A DNA stretch of 32,000 nucleotides, taken from NCBI GenBank assembly GCA_054661495.1, contig BAAFSQ010000010.1, positions 55,125 through 87,124 of the forward strand. Reading direction: 5' to 3'. This stretch comes from Zygophlyctis sp. KS116. Lineage: Eukaryota; Fungi; Chytridiomycota. The notes below the pieces were generated by a model. The model did no database searches. It saw only the letters and a list, made by a program, of their open reading frames with translations, and was not told the origin of the DNA. The translations under genes were made by a program, and so were the position numbers. Shown one piece after another: positions 11,801 to 23,677 of this stretch (positions are counted from its first letter, which is position 1; every line of letters begins with the position of its first letter).

Positions 11801-12307
11801 CCAGAGGATCAAAAATTCCTCAAAATTAAATATTCTGGTGATTCAGCCATTGAATGCTGGCAAGTTCGACATGAAAAACCTTGGACTTATGAAATAGATT
11901 GGTATGGTTGTGCTGCTATAATTCACGTCTTATTATTTGGAACCTATATGTCAGTAACTGAACGCGAGACTGATAATGTTCCCCATATCGAATTAAAATC
12001 ACATTATAAAAGATACTGGAATTCCAGTCTATGGAAAGACCTTTTCGACCTCTTATTGAATGCTGGAGTTTACAATACTGAATTATTACAAAAGAGTATA
12101 TCAGAATCTATTACTGTTGAAGATAGCTTGTTGGGTCCAGGGACAGATTTTGAAGTATTAGAACAGGAATTCCCATTGATTCAAAAAATTCACGACAAGA
12201 GACTGGAGATGGAGATCTGGCTAAAGACTTGTTGCTGCACAGGAGGAAAAAGCTTGAGGAATCTTTTACGCAGAGTGGAAATAGCATTATTGGATAGTTC
12301 ATCTTGA
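8891..12307 (+). CDS. BUB1: Spindle checkpoint kinase MadBub (Bub1/Mad3 ancestral type)
   Basis: KENIQPLKQGRS, TPR domain (DDPL..YKNDARFLKLW), GLEBS (SFEEAR), CD1 (SPTINTKAAM), kinase IGEGGYG..HGDVKPDN..LIDWG. Introns 9346-9371, 9811-9835, 9909-9940, 11635-11662. Confidence 0.93.
10126..10254 (+). repeat. In-frame 39-bp tandem repeat (about 3.3 copies) inside MadBub
   Basis: Encodes KEKESQNMSTFIK / MEKKSQNTSTFIQ / KEKESQNTSTSIK / KEKE with near-identical DNA units. Confidence 0.9.
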
Positions 12308-12460
12308 AAAAATTATTATTTTAAATTTAACGTTTTTTAAATTTAATGTATGATGCTGATAGAATAACTCAAAAACCAAAATTATCATGTTAATAATGGT
12401 ATGTCCGAGATGAAACAATTTTTTCTTTTGAATTTTTTCAACCTAGACCTTGCAGCAAAA

Positions 12461-14256
12461 ATGGAAGCAAGAAAAGAGCAAAAGAGACTTCAAATGCAGA
12501 GAAGAATGGCCAAGCCTAATGCACCATTGATTCAGCAAGCTAAAGCATTATGGGAACAACTGCGATCAAAGACGCTTGACAAGAAAAGCCGATCGGATGC
12601 AATGGATCAAATGATGGATCTGATCAAGGGGAAAGTCAACGATCTTATTTTTAAGCATGATGCATCCCGAATTATACAATCTTGTCTGAAGCATGGCAAT
12701 GCAACTCAGAGGGATTTGGTTGCCCAGGAATTATCAGGATGTTGGATGCAGCTGGCTACAAGTCAGTATGGCCGATTTATAATATCAAAGGTATTGACAT
12801 ACTGCTCCGCCAAATATCGTCACTTGATTATTGAAGAGATTGCCGGGAAAGTAATCAAACTTATTAGGCATAAGGAAGCTGGGTCGGTAGTAGAAGAATT
12901 GTATTCAGGATTTGCAAACTCTGCAGAAAAGAATATGCTAGTCTTGGACTTTTACGGAAAGGAATTTTCTCTATTTAAGGTGCTTTTTTTAGTTTAATGT
13001 TTTAGTCTGATAAACAGCAAGGGCTAAAGGCGATTATTGAAGCTAATCCTAACAAGAAAGAATATATTCAAAAATCATTGAAAGAGAATATTTATTCTGT
13101 ATTACAAAAGGGTACTGTGGGTATTGGCCCAATGTCAATCATGCACCGTGTGATTTTAGACTATATAGGCCTTTGTGATGAAAAAGAATTACAGGATTTG
13201 ATCGAATTACTAAAAGAAAATTTGATCCATATAATTCACACAAAAGAGGGATCTAAAGTTGCTCAATTGTGTCTGTTGCATGCCACCCCTAAAAATCGCA
13301 AGATCATACTCAAGTCCTGGAAGGGTTATATTACCAAAATTTCCAAAGAAGAGTATGGGCATACTGCATTGATTACTCTTTTTGAATGTGTGGATGATAC
13401 TGTTTTATTAAATAAGGCAATCTTATCTGAACTGGTAAAAGATGGGTTAGGCCCAGAGGAATCATTTTGTTCACTACTTCGGCATAAATATGCTTCAAGA
13501 GTGATTCTCTTCTTGTTAATGGGACGTCAAAAGAAATATTTGCCTTCTCATGTTTATGAAGAATTAACACATAATGATTCTATTCGGTCTAAAACTACGA
13601 AAAAAGATCAAAGTCTTCGAGAAAAGGAATTAAGGGAATTTATAAGCTTATATCTTTTAGAGGAAATGACGAAAAACGTGAATATTCTGATCAGATCTAG
13701 ATCAAGTGGCCAAATATTAGCTGAAACTATTCGGCATGCTGTTGGTGATAAGGAGAGTTTGTTTCAATCCATATCAAAATTAGCCTCTATGCCAATTAAT
13801 GGAGATGAATTGGAGGGATCACAGTCTGAGGAAGTATTTCATCCTATCAAAAAGATGAAAAAAGAAACTGAATTATCACAGTTGCAGGAAACTCTAGTCA
13901 TGGATGATCATATTTTGATGAATCGCAATGCTACATACGTACTGAAGGATATTTTATCTGGTGGCTCCAAGGAACAAAAGGGAAATGAAATATTTGTACA
14001 AGTTCTTTATGTGGCGATGAAGGATCAGGTTGGTCAATGGCTTGATTATTGCATAAAAAATCATCCAAAGTCATCAGGAACTGCTTTTGTACTACTTAGC
14101 ATGGTGGAGAATGTGTCACAAGATCTAAAAGAAGAACTTTTTTCAGTTTTTAGAATGAAGATTGACGCTGAAAAGGTAAAGGAACAAGTAAAAGATTTTG
14201 AATCAGGTAAATCGAAAAAGTCCGTGATAGAGATGATGCTTGAAACCTTATTCTAA
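12461..14256 (+). CDS. PUF6: Puf6/PUM3 pumilio-homology ribosome biogenesis factor (start uncertain)
   Basis: KHDASRIIQSCLKHG, IRHKEAGSVVE, IHTKEGSKVA, CVDDTVLL, SKTTKKD. Intron 12980-13005; possible upstream intron 12399-12446. Confidence 0.9.
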
Positions 14257-14279
14257 ATTAAAATTATATTTTGACGAAA

Positions 14280-16977
14280 TCACATGAAATACATGGTGCT
14301 TAATAGTTCTTGTTTTAGACATTCGTAATTGATTTTTGAGACTTCCCGTGACTGTATACTTTTCAATTCTTTGGTTAACTCCTCAGATCGGATTTCCATC
14401 GTGGCCGTTAGTTGAACTGTCTGATGAGATGTGCTTTGTTTCTGAGTAGACGAAAAGTGGCATCTGGCTCTTAAGGCAACTAAATGAGCATAATATAGAG
14501 CTGGAACTACAGATATACACCTTGTGGCTCTGCAGTAAAGATAGCAAAGATTATCTATTACAGTTATCTAGTTTTTTATTACATGTCAAGGTTTGAAGTG
14601 CATCGGCTGTAAACTTATTTTCGTCATGTAGGACGTGATAATGTGATGGTTTAGAAGTTCCTTGTAAGCCCGGATGAGAAGCAAGGTAGAAGTCTTGTGT
14701 TAATAATCTGAGAATTACCAAATTCCCCAGGTAATGTTATATCTGAATCAATTAATGTACCCGGAACGATATTTCCTGATTTATCTAAAACTTCTTTAGA
14801 TTGCACAGGGAAAAACTTAGCATGATGCCGCTTCTGCACCCAAATAAATGTGATTTGAGGCTCGTATTCTTGCTCTAGATATTTAAGGCCATCCCTTAAA
14901 AGTTTGAGCTCTTTTTCCGCAATGTTTTCGGCCCGCTTTCCTAGAATTCCGTTTCGATAAAATATTATTCTTTGAGGCTTTTTCCCTGTCTTTTTGAAAA
15001 AAATCTTTAGCAGATCGGCAATCATTTCTGAGAGATCCTCAATCCATTCAGTCGACAAATCTTGATACCGAACAACAGAGGCATATTTGCTAAATTGTGA
15101 ATCTATGGATCCAACCAGTGATGAAATTGAATGCAGCGAAAAAGATCCATGTCCAGGACGCTTAACATTAATACATAAAAATATACGGTTATATCAGCTC
15201 CAAAAATAATAGAAGGCGTCTCGCTAATAAATGGTAGGAATGTATTCGACAATTTGCTATTTTGCCCACCCAATTTTACATTGACCTTTAGTGCTACGTT
15301 TGCACAAAATTGAACTTTCGGCCTTAATATATGCTTTCCTTGAACGCATTGAGTCACAACACCCAGAATGGTATCAGAAACTCGCTTGATTTCAGCGTAC
15401 AGTGATACTCCGATATTTGGTAAAATACAAAGAATGAGTTGTGGCTTGTGCGAGTAAGTTCGTTCAGATACAATACACGCATCATTTAAAATTCTTTCAA
15501 TATTCCCAAGTGCACTCGCATAGGCGAAAGGTGGAGTTTGATTTTTAACATTAATTCCACAAGTTGAAAATACAGAACAAAGGGTAGTTATGAAGTTTTG
15601 AATATCATCAATAGGAAATTTATCTTCATCGCTAAATATGATAACTGCCCAGGATATTAAAGTAACTCCTTCTACAAACTTTTTATCTCTAAGGTTCCAT
15701 GATCCCTTTTGTGGCGATATAACTGACTCATTTGATTTGTCGTGATATTGCAACAAAGGAGGAGGGATGATTCGTGCATTAACTGTCATCATTTCCTGAG
15801 AAAATGCGATATTGAAATTCTTCAAATACTCGTCATTTTCAGGTTGTAGAATAGTTATACCTGCTGATATTTTGTTGGATCGAACTAAAGGTGTCTGACA
15901 TGTATGTTTTATCATATCTGATGTCTTGATAATTAATCATCAAATATTTAGTACCTGCAGTTCATTTAATTTACCCAAAAATCGCTGGCCTGGAACCACC
16001 CTGCAAACTTCAAATGGAAGAAATGCTAAACCTGCAGAATTTTGATAAACTATACAAGGTAAATGGCCATATTTCAATTTAAGATTGTATCTTTCAGCGA
16101 AATACTCTGTCACAGTCTGCTCTTCATTATTTTCATTTTTACAAAATCGTGTATTATCGGCAGATTCATTCGTAAGTTTTAATATAGTAAACTTTCTTCT
16201 AAAAGCTCCACGATGAGTTACATTCACCTTTATATTTTTCAGATACTTCTCCAACTTGACTCTATCATATTCTAAGATTGGAAACATTAAATAAGATGGT
16301 GATTTAAGCCCAAGAACAGACATGACTGTCTCCAATAATGATCCAGATTGATAAAACGCCCCAGCTGAAACATCTAGATTTATTAAAAGAGATCCTTCAG
16401 TTGGTTGCATATTATAATAAAATCCTTGCCATAATTCTACACCATGATCTATTCTCAATGCAGAGTTTGAAGCATAGAAGCATTTCCCAATATTGGTGTA
16501 TAAATGAGCAGATGAAACCCGTAATACCGCATCCACAACCTGCATTTCTTCAACAGGCGATTGACTAATGCTACTATTTAAGTAAGCAACCAAATTGCCC
16601 ATATCGATCTCTTTTACCTTTTTGACTGTCAATCGATATTGCTGTGGTAATTTCTCTTCCTTTTCATTATCACTCTTGATGCCATCAATAGAATCATCAT
16701 AAAAGCACACAACAAATGATCCATCAGGTATTGAAGTGGTAGAGTAAATGGTACTTATCCCATCATAAATTGGCTTTAGATCATTGTAGCATTCATTTAT
16801 CCATATCTGGTAGATGCTCCTATTCTTCCTCGGTGGCACCTTCGGGCTTATTAAGATCTCATATTTCATAATAATGCCAATCGGGAGACTGGTGAGACGG
16901 AAGAAATTAGATCGCAGCATTATATGCTTACCACATGTGCCTTTATGAGGCAGATCAGGAATAATCAAATCGGCCAT
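14280..16977 (-). CDS. AGO: Argonaute (N-PAZ-MID-PIWI), predicted slicer-deficient
   Basis: PAZ ([23 protein letters not shown]), MID ([17 protein letters not shown]), PIWI ([25 protein letters not shown]), C-terminus MYFM. Introns 15925-15954, 15161-15186, 14694-14718, 14555-14582. Confidence 0.95.
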
Positions 16978-17171
16978 AATTTTTCTGATCTTAAAACTTT
17001 CTATTGAAGCTCCATGCTTGGGAATGCAAACGATTTAAAATTTCCAAAAAAATTCTAATGCTTGTTAATTTAAGCGATAGAATTTTTATCTGGATTAGAA
17101 AGAGTGTTTATTATCATAGAAACGGTGTCACATATGCAACAAAAGCCACGTCATTCAAGGAGATTAAGACC

Positions 17172-19220
17172 ATGGAAGACGATGCAAATGGAAATACTTT
17201 AGCCTCAAACCCAGTAGAAGATTTAAATCATAATTTAACAAGCTCATTAGTAGATGCAAAGCCTGAACTTGTTACAGAAAAAATAAAAGAGGATCAGCCA
17301 ATTCCAAAAATTATTCCTTCCGGCTATAAAAGCATTGGTTCGAATTTAAAAGCCTGGTATAATAAGAAATATTTGGGAGGATATCGGCAGAAAATATCAC
17401 TGATTGAGTACTTTAATGCTGAAACTCAGACACCAACTCCACAGGAAGCTCGTAATCAGAAAGTAATCATAGCCCATTAAATATTAGAGACTTCTCCAAA
17501 GGTTCCATAGAGAAGTTCAGACCAAGTTTACTGCAAATCGTAAAACTCAGGATACTAGAGAAACTGCTTCTCAAGTGGTAAGATATTTGATCTTTTGACC
17601 AAAATAGGCAACGAATGTCTGTTATGTAGCAAAAGGACATGATGTGATCTTAAGGCCAAAGCGGTATGTTACGGCCGATGAACATCATCAAATGATTGTA
17701 AAAAAAGTCATTCAAATTCAATGCTTTATCCGGCAATGCTTTGCTAGAAGTCAAGTGAAAAAGATGATCAAACAAAAAGAAGAACGAATCCAAAAGCTCG
17801 ATCTAGTACTACCAAATTCATTTAAAAAAATAGAATAGCAAAAAAAGAAGAGAATTACAAGAAAAGAAGAGATTAAAAGAAATCGAATCTCGTTTACACC
17901 CAAAGAATAACAAGGATTTTGAAACTTTATACAACGGCTTAGAGAGTAACAGACATTACATTGTAACAATAGGTTGGCGTATTCAAGAGACTGAAAGAAT
18001 AAATAAGCTAGGCTACTCAGAGCCAACTAGATTGGCAGCTTTAGCAGATTTGATGGATCAGGAAGCTGTTCTGTTACAAAAGATTGATAGATTGCGAGCT
18101 GCTGCTGGAGAGGAAAACAGGGGAAAAAACATAGCTAAATTATTGGAAGAGGTATGATTGACTTTTAATGAAAAGATGTCTTCCCCAAAGAAATGGCCGG
18201 CATTGAAAAATTCAAAAGTAATTTTGGTAGATACACCAAATACTGTTCGTGCCAAAGAGTTATGTGATCTTTATCAGGCTCTTAACATCCCTTTATTATC
18301 TATAGATGAACGATTACAAATATTGCTTCATGTCAAATATACAGTAAAAGTAATGATTATTTGTTATGTTGACTCTAAAGGAATTTGACTGTAACCTTAC
18401 AAGAGAGATTGTTAGTCTTATTGACAGGGAAGCAGATTTAGTTAGTAGAGGAAGAGAGGCAAAGACCATGGAAGGTATTTTTAGATTCCTAAATTTAAAA
18501 GGTCTCCGTAAACGAATTATAAACCTTTTTCTTCAATTCATTCAAACACCTGAATTCAATCCCGAAGCAGCATCTTATCAGCTAGTAATATTCCATGAAA
18601 TATATTAATCTTAGTTCCCTGATGCTGGCAGCTCCTGGAAAAGGGATCAGTCTATTTACTTTTGCCGTGGTTGTACAAAGTATTTACCTTCTACCGACTT
18701 TTATTTATCAACAACTATGAAATTTCTTGGAAAATGTAAATCATGCACAATTAAGGAAAATATTGCCACTACTAGAAAAGATGAGGCTGTATATAGCCAT
18801 ATGATGAAAACAATGCAAGCTCAAGAACAATCAAAGAGAGAAAAAACCGGCATTCCTATTGACAACCATTACAATGCTTTAGCGCTTATGCAAGAATCAG
18901 ATATCAGACATTTGGTAGATACTATTTGGTGCCGTCAGAGTGCTATTTCATCTTCAAAAAGTATAGAAGAATTAATTTTGACAAGATGGGATCCCAACCA
19001 TGAATTATCACCATGGAATTGTGTTCTACTTACAAAGGCCGAAGCAGCAACGCATGATAAACAATCTGATCCACTTTCACTTTATTCTGATGAGTTCAAA
19101 TCAAGTGTAGCAAGGAAACACCTGGTTGCTAAACAATATTTTGCTCAGCTTCCAGCGATAGAAAGGTTTATCCGCAAGAATCCACCTCCAGAAGCGCCAA
19201 AAGTATGGGTGTCTGGGTAG
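17172..19220 (+). CDS. IQUB: IQ and ubiquitin-like domain protein (IQUB/FAP253, flagellar radial spoke)
   Basis: KKYLGGYR, IQ motif IQIQCFIRQCFAR, DERLQILLHVKYTVKEFDCNLTREI, TPEFNPEAA, SPWNCVLLTKAEA. Introns 17463-17487, 17578-17607, 17806-17833, 17946-17972, 18152-18175, 18350-18380, 18475-18501, 18585-18614. Confidence 0.9.
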
Positions 19221-19231
19221 GAGTTTTGCTT

Positions 19232-20540
19232 ATGTCATCAATAAATACATACATTACTATTCCTGTTCTTAAAGATGGGATATCAATTGATTTTGTGAAT
19301 TCGCTGAAAGATCGTGGAAATAGCAATTTCAACCAAAAGGAATTTTTAAAGGCAATCAAGGATTATACTCTTGGTATTCAATGTTTTGAGCATCAAGATC
19401 AAAATAGAAAGTTTGATGAGTCTGCATGCTTCTTATTAGCAAGCCTGTACAGTAATAGATCCGCTTCGTTTCTAATGATACCTGGAACGGAAAGTCTGAC
19501 CGATGGAATAAGAGATGCGAACAGATGCATTCAGCTTCGACCGGATTGGATGAAAGGCTACTTTAGACGAGCCGAGTGTCTATTTATGATGAAGGAATAC
19601 CGGTTATCAGCGTTGGATTATCAAAATGCCATCAATCTAGATAAAAATAAATCATCTATGGTGCAATTCAAACTCAACTGCGCACTGGCAAAAGCAAAAG
19701 AGATTGATATGAAGGTTTTGATTCATCAAGTTATGCCAGGAAAGGATATATGTAAGAAAGGAGTAAATCCTATTCAAAACTTGATTTTCCATTACGCACA
19801 GCAAATGCAAAATTATATCTACATTATAGGGGATACAATATCAAAGGAATGTATTGTAGTTGATTGCTGCTGGGATGTTCATGGGATTGTAAAATATGCT
19901 AAAGCAAATGGATTGAAGATTGTAGGAGCGGTATTTCCAATGATTTCATTTTTAGGCTGTTACACATTGTCATTTTGATCACGGTATCTTTTTATAATTA
20001 TTAAAGACATCAGTTGGTGGAATACCACCTCCTCCATTTGACTCTTTAAGAATTAAAGTGGATGGATTGCATACTCTTTTGAAGGCAATTCCAGGAATTA
20101 AAGTGTATGTAAACCCTCTAGATATTCAAGAGATTATGAAAATGAATCCTAAAATGCAGGATGATGACTTTATTCAGACTCCCGATAATTTTATTCTGAA
20201 TCTTCCTATCTGTGGAGAGAACGCATCTAAGACGACTTCCATTCGGTTCATTCATACTCCTGGGCACACTCCCGGATCAAATTGTATTCTTCTAAACGAA
20301 ATAAGTTTGTTTTCTGGCGATACTTTGTTTATTGGTACTTGTGGGAGACTTGATTTGCCTGGCTCAAACAAAAAAATGATGTGGGAGTCATTGTTAAAAT
20401 TAAGAAAATTACCAGATTACACGGCAGTATATCCAGGACATTCATATAATGGAACAATGTCTACTGTTGAACAAGAAAAGAAAACCGGTGTACTAAAATT
20501 TCAGGATAAACCTTCATTTTCTCGATGTTTTCCTGGATAA
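19232..20540 (+). CDS. TPR-domain plus metallo-beta-lactamase-fold hydrolase (glyoxalase II / BaeB-like) fusion
   Basis: TPRs (LKDRGNSNF, LYSNRSASF, PDWMKGYFRRA) followed by THCHFDH, HTPGHTPGS, FSGDTLF and VYPGH. Introns 19931-19955 and 19984-20013. An in-frame ATG also lies at 19205. Confidence 0.85.
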
Positions 20541-20903
20541 GTTTATCAACATAATTTTGGACTTGTTAAATATTTATTCAATCATCCGGAGCAATATTTT
20601 TTCAGTTGATCTTGGATTTCAGATATTTATATTGGATTAAAGATTTTATATTTAGGAAGATGGAAATACTCCTCGATTGTGAATTCTGATCTGCACTGAA
20701 TTCACGATATGACTCGAAGCGTCTGCATACATTTAAATGATCAATAAAATCGCATGCTGGTAAATACAAGTTTTAAATCGGATAAGATGGATCGTGCTTT
20801 AAGCCTGATATCCAAGCGGGTGATGATGGGGTTTCTTATTGTTACAAAAATACAGAAATTCAATTGAAACAAACAATGATCTGAAATGGAAAAAATGATT
20901 TTC

Positions 20904-20975
20904 TAGCTTGGATAGGTTTCGATCCTACGACTTTTGGGTTATGGGCCCAACACGCTTCCACTGCGTCACCAAGCT
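20904..20975 (-). tRNA. Initiator tRNA-Met(CAU)
   Basis: Minus strand AGCTTGG...TTGGG-CC-CAT-AA-CCCAA...GGATCGAAACC...CCAAGCTA. The A1-U72 pair, three G-C anticodon-stem pairs and ATCG T-loop are typical of eukaryotic initiator tRNA. Confidence 0.95.
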
Positions 20976-21220
20976 GTTCTTATTTCTAGAAATATCTTGT
21001 TTTATATATTTCTAAACAAAATTTTTTAAAAAAATTATATCAGATCTTTTTCACAGATCAGAATCCGAAAATAAAATAGTAATGATTCATCTATTTTTGG
21101 AAATTAACAAAACAAAATTGTTTATTTGAATAGAAATTATGATTAAATTAATATTTAGGAGTCCATATTAATTGGCAACTCTTTTTTAAAAACTAAGATA
21201 TAATTCATCCGAATTCTTGA

Positions 21221-23583
21221 TTATCCCAGAAAATCTAAATCAGCAATAAAAAGATCATCGTCCGATTCAAAGCTCCCGTGAAATCTTTGGGCTGTAGGCT
21301 CATGCATCGGAGAAACGGAATTTCTTCTCTTTGTAGAATGAATTTGTGGGGAAGGATTCCAACTTGATAAAACAATTTCTTCGTCTGCTGCATTTTGTGT
21401 TTTCTCTTGGAGCTCCTCTCCAGATAATATTTCTATTTCCCTATCATTCACATCTGCGGCATCTGATTTCCTGCTTGTATAGGGAACATATTTTTTAGAT
21501 TTTGTTGATAAATCGACGAGATCCAATTTGGATAAAATATATGCCTCTGATTTTTAAGTATTTTACTATTACCGTTCTCGTAATAATCAGCGATTGGATC
21601 AGATGGAAAATCAGTATATATATTCCATGTTTGGTTATGCATGCGTTTGTGAATCGAATGTTCCATTATGAAAATCGCGGTAACAGCATCTTCAACTTGA
21701 GCACAAGTTCTACAGATAAGACGAGCATGAGAAAGACATAGCCGAATCAAACTCTCAAACAGTCTTATGGTTGTTCTTGGACCAGCCACGCTATCTGAAT
21801 TTCTACAAAATTGATAATAGGCCTTTAGAACTTGATTTGCTTCATCTGACATTTCTGGATCAAATTTATATTTTGTATATTGTATATAGTGCTGCATTCT
21901 TTGAAGATCCCACATGCAATCATCTGCTTGGGATTCTTTAAATCCCTTCAATTCTGAATTTAATAAGAAAGTAGAAACATTTTCATCCCATTCAATATTA
22001 ATAGTATCCATCAGAATAAAGACTAGATCAAAACGAGATAGAAGAGGGGTAGAAATTCCGACATTGATTTCAGACTCTTTGTACGGATCGTATTTTCCTT
22101 TTGGATTTGTTGCTGCTAGAATCGAGCATCTAGTCTGCAGTTGACAAACCAGGCCTGCTTTAGCGACACTGATCGTCTGCTGCTCCATCGCTTCGTGTAA
22201 TGAAGTCTTGTCGTGTTCTCTCATTGAATTGAATTCATCAATGCAACAGACACCACGGTCTGCAAGGACTAAGGCGCCGGCTTCTAGCTGCCATCCACTT
22301 GAGTCTCTAACTGCAGCCACCTTGAGTTATATATTTACAAAATTACTGTAAGGCCTGCACTAGTACTTCCAACGCCTGTTGTCTGAACACTTCTGGGCAT
22401 TAAGCGAGCAACATATTTCAAAAATTGAGATTTTCCAGTTCCAGGATCACCCACTAAAAGAAGATGTGAATTAGTCCGAAATGAATTTTCTTCTCCTTTT
22501 GAAACTCCACCCTCTAAGATCATCATTACGGCTAGTTTTATTGCATACATTCCCCATATGCGTGGGCAAAACATTTTCAGAATTGCGTTTCGACCTATTA
22601 AATAAATTGATTCATTTTTACCCGAAATATGATCGTCCTGATATTTTTCCCAGAATTGATCAAAATATTCGCAAATATCGTCAGTTAACTCATCCTTTAA
22701 TGACTGACGATTATGAGCAAGTATATTGTTAGCGAACAAGTAGATCTCCACATTGCACCTTTCATTCATTACAAAACTCTTCCAACGGCGAGATACAATT
22801 CCAACAATTGACACGCTGTCTCCTGCCTTGCATTGATCAACTAAATCATCTTCAAGTACCACAGTAATGGATCGCGGCATTTGTCCCATTGTTAGCTTTG
22901 ATATATCTTCCTGAACCTTTATTTCCTGATAGTCCCTGCATGGATTTTCTCCAATTTCGGACATAACCTCTTTGAATTTGTTTCCTCCGCAACCTACAAA
23001 TTGACATTGAAAGGGCTTGGGGACCAGATTATATTGCTCTCGATCATAATTCATGGGAAATCTCATTCCACATTTTTGACATTCAAAGTTACGCTGCATC
23101 TCTAACACTTTGACTATTCCAGTCCGAACAACTTTGCCTGTGAAAACGACCAAATTTCCGACTTGCGAAGATCGTGGCACATGCGATTGTTCGCAAATGA
23201 TCAAACGACTCAATCTTACTTTTGCATGAATTTGAATACTTAAATGTTCCTGTAGATGATGTGATTTTTTTAAATATTTTTGTGCAATTAAGAGTGCATT
23301 GTCTAGTAGAGGAATCATACGTCCTGGTTCACGAAAAATCAATTCGCACAGAAACAGATTTAACCGTAAATAATCAACAAAACTATTTCATCAATTATAA
23401 ATGGCATACTTTAATTCAACAGAGTAACTTTTAGTCGTATCAAGTTGGCTCATGATGCAGATAATACCATCCGTACATAACGCAAGTAGATCTACCGCCA
23501 GCTGCTCTTTACTGTTAATTTAATTCAAAAGTACTTTGGATATCAGAAACGGTGACATTTTTTATTCTCTCCTGGCTGTCCAT
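21221..23583 (-). CDS. MCM9: DNA helicase MCM9
   Basis: Zn finger, [60 protein letters not shown] (MCM9-type). Introns 23507-23534, 23383-23409, 22595-22621, 22321-22346, 21547-21572. Confidence 0.88.
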
Positions 23584-23677
23584 CAAAATCGCTGGAAATC
23601 TAAATCTCTTTTAATTGATCGGTCGGAGATCGGACTCATTTAAAGTACGCTTTACTATGATTTTTTTCAAATATAAG

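Noticed and set aside
14280-16977. Prokaryotic Argonaute defence operon
   Set aside because: It is an intron-containing eukaryotic AGO-clade gene among housekeeping genes.
20665-20740. Hairpin with a TGCAC loop resembling U1 snRNA stem-loop II
   Set aside because: There is no ATACTTACCTG 5' end and no convincing Sm site.
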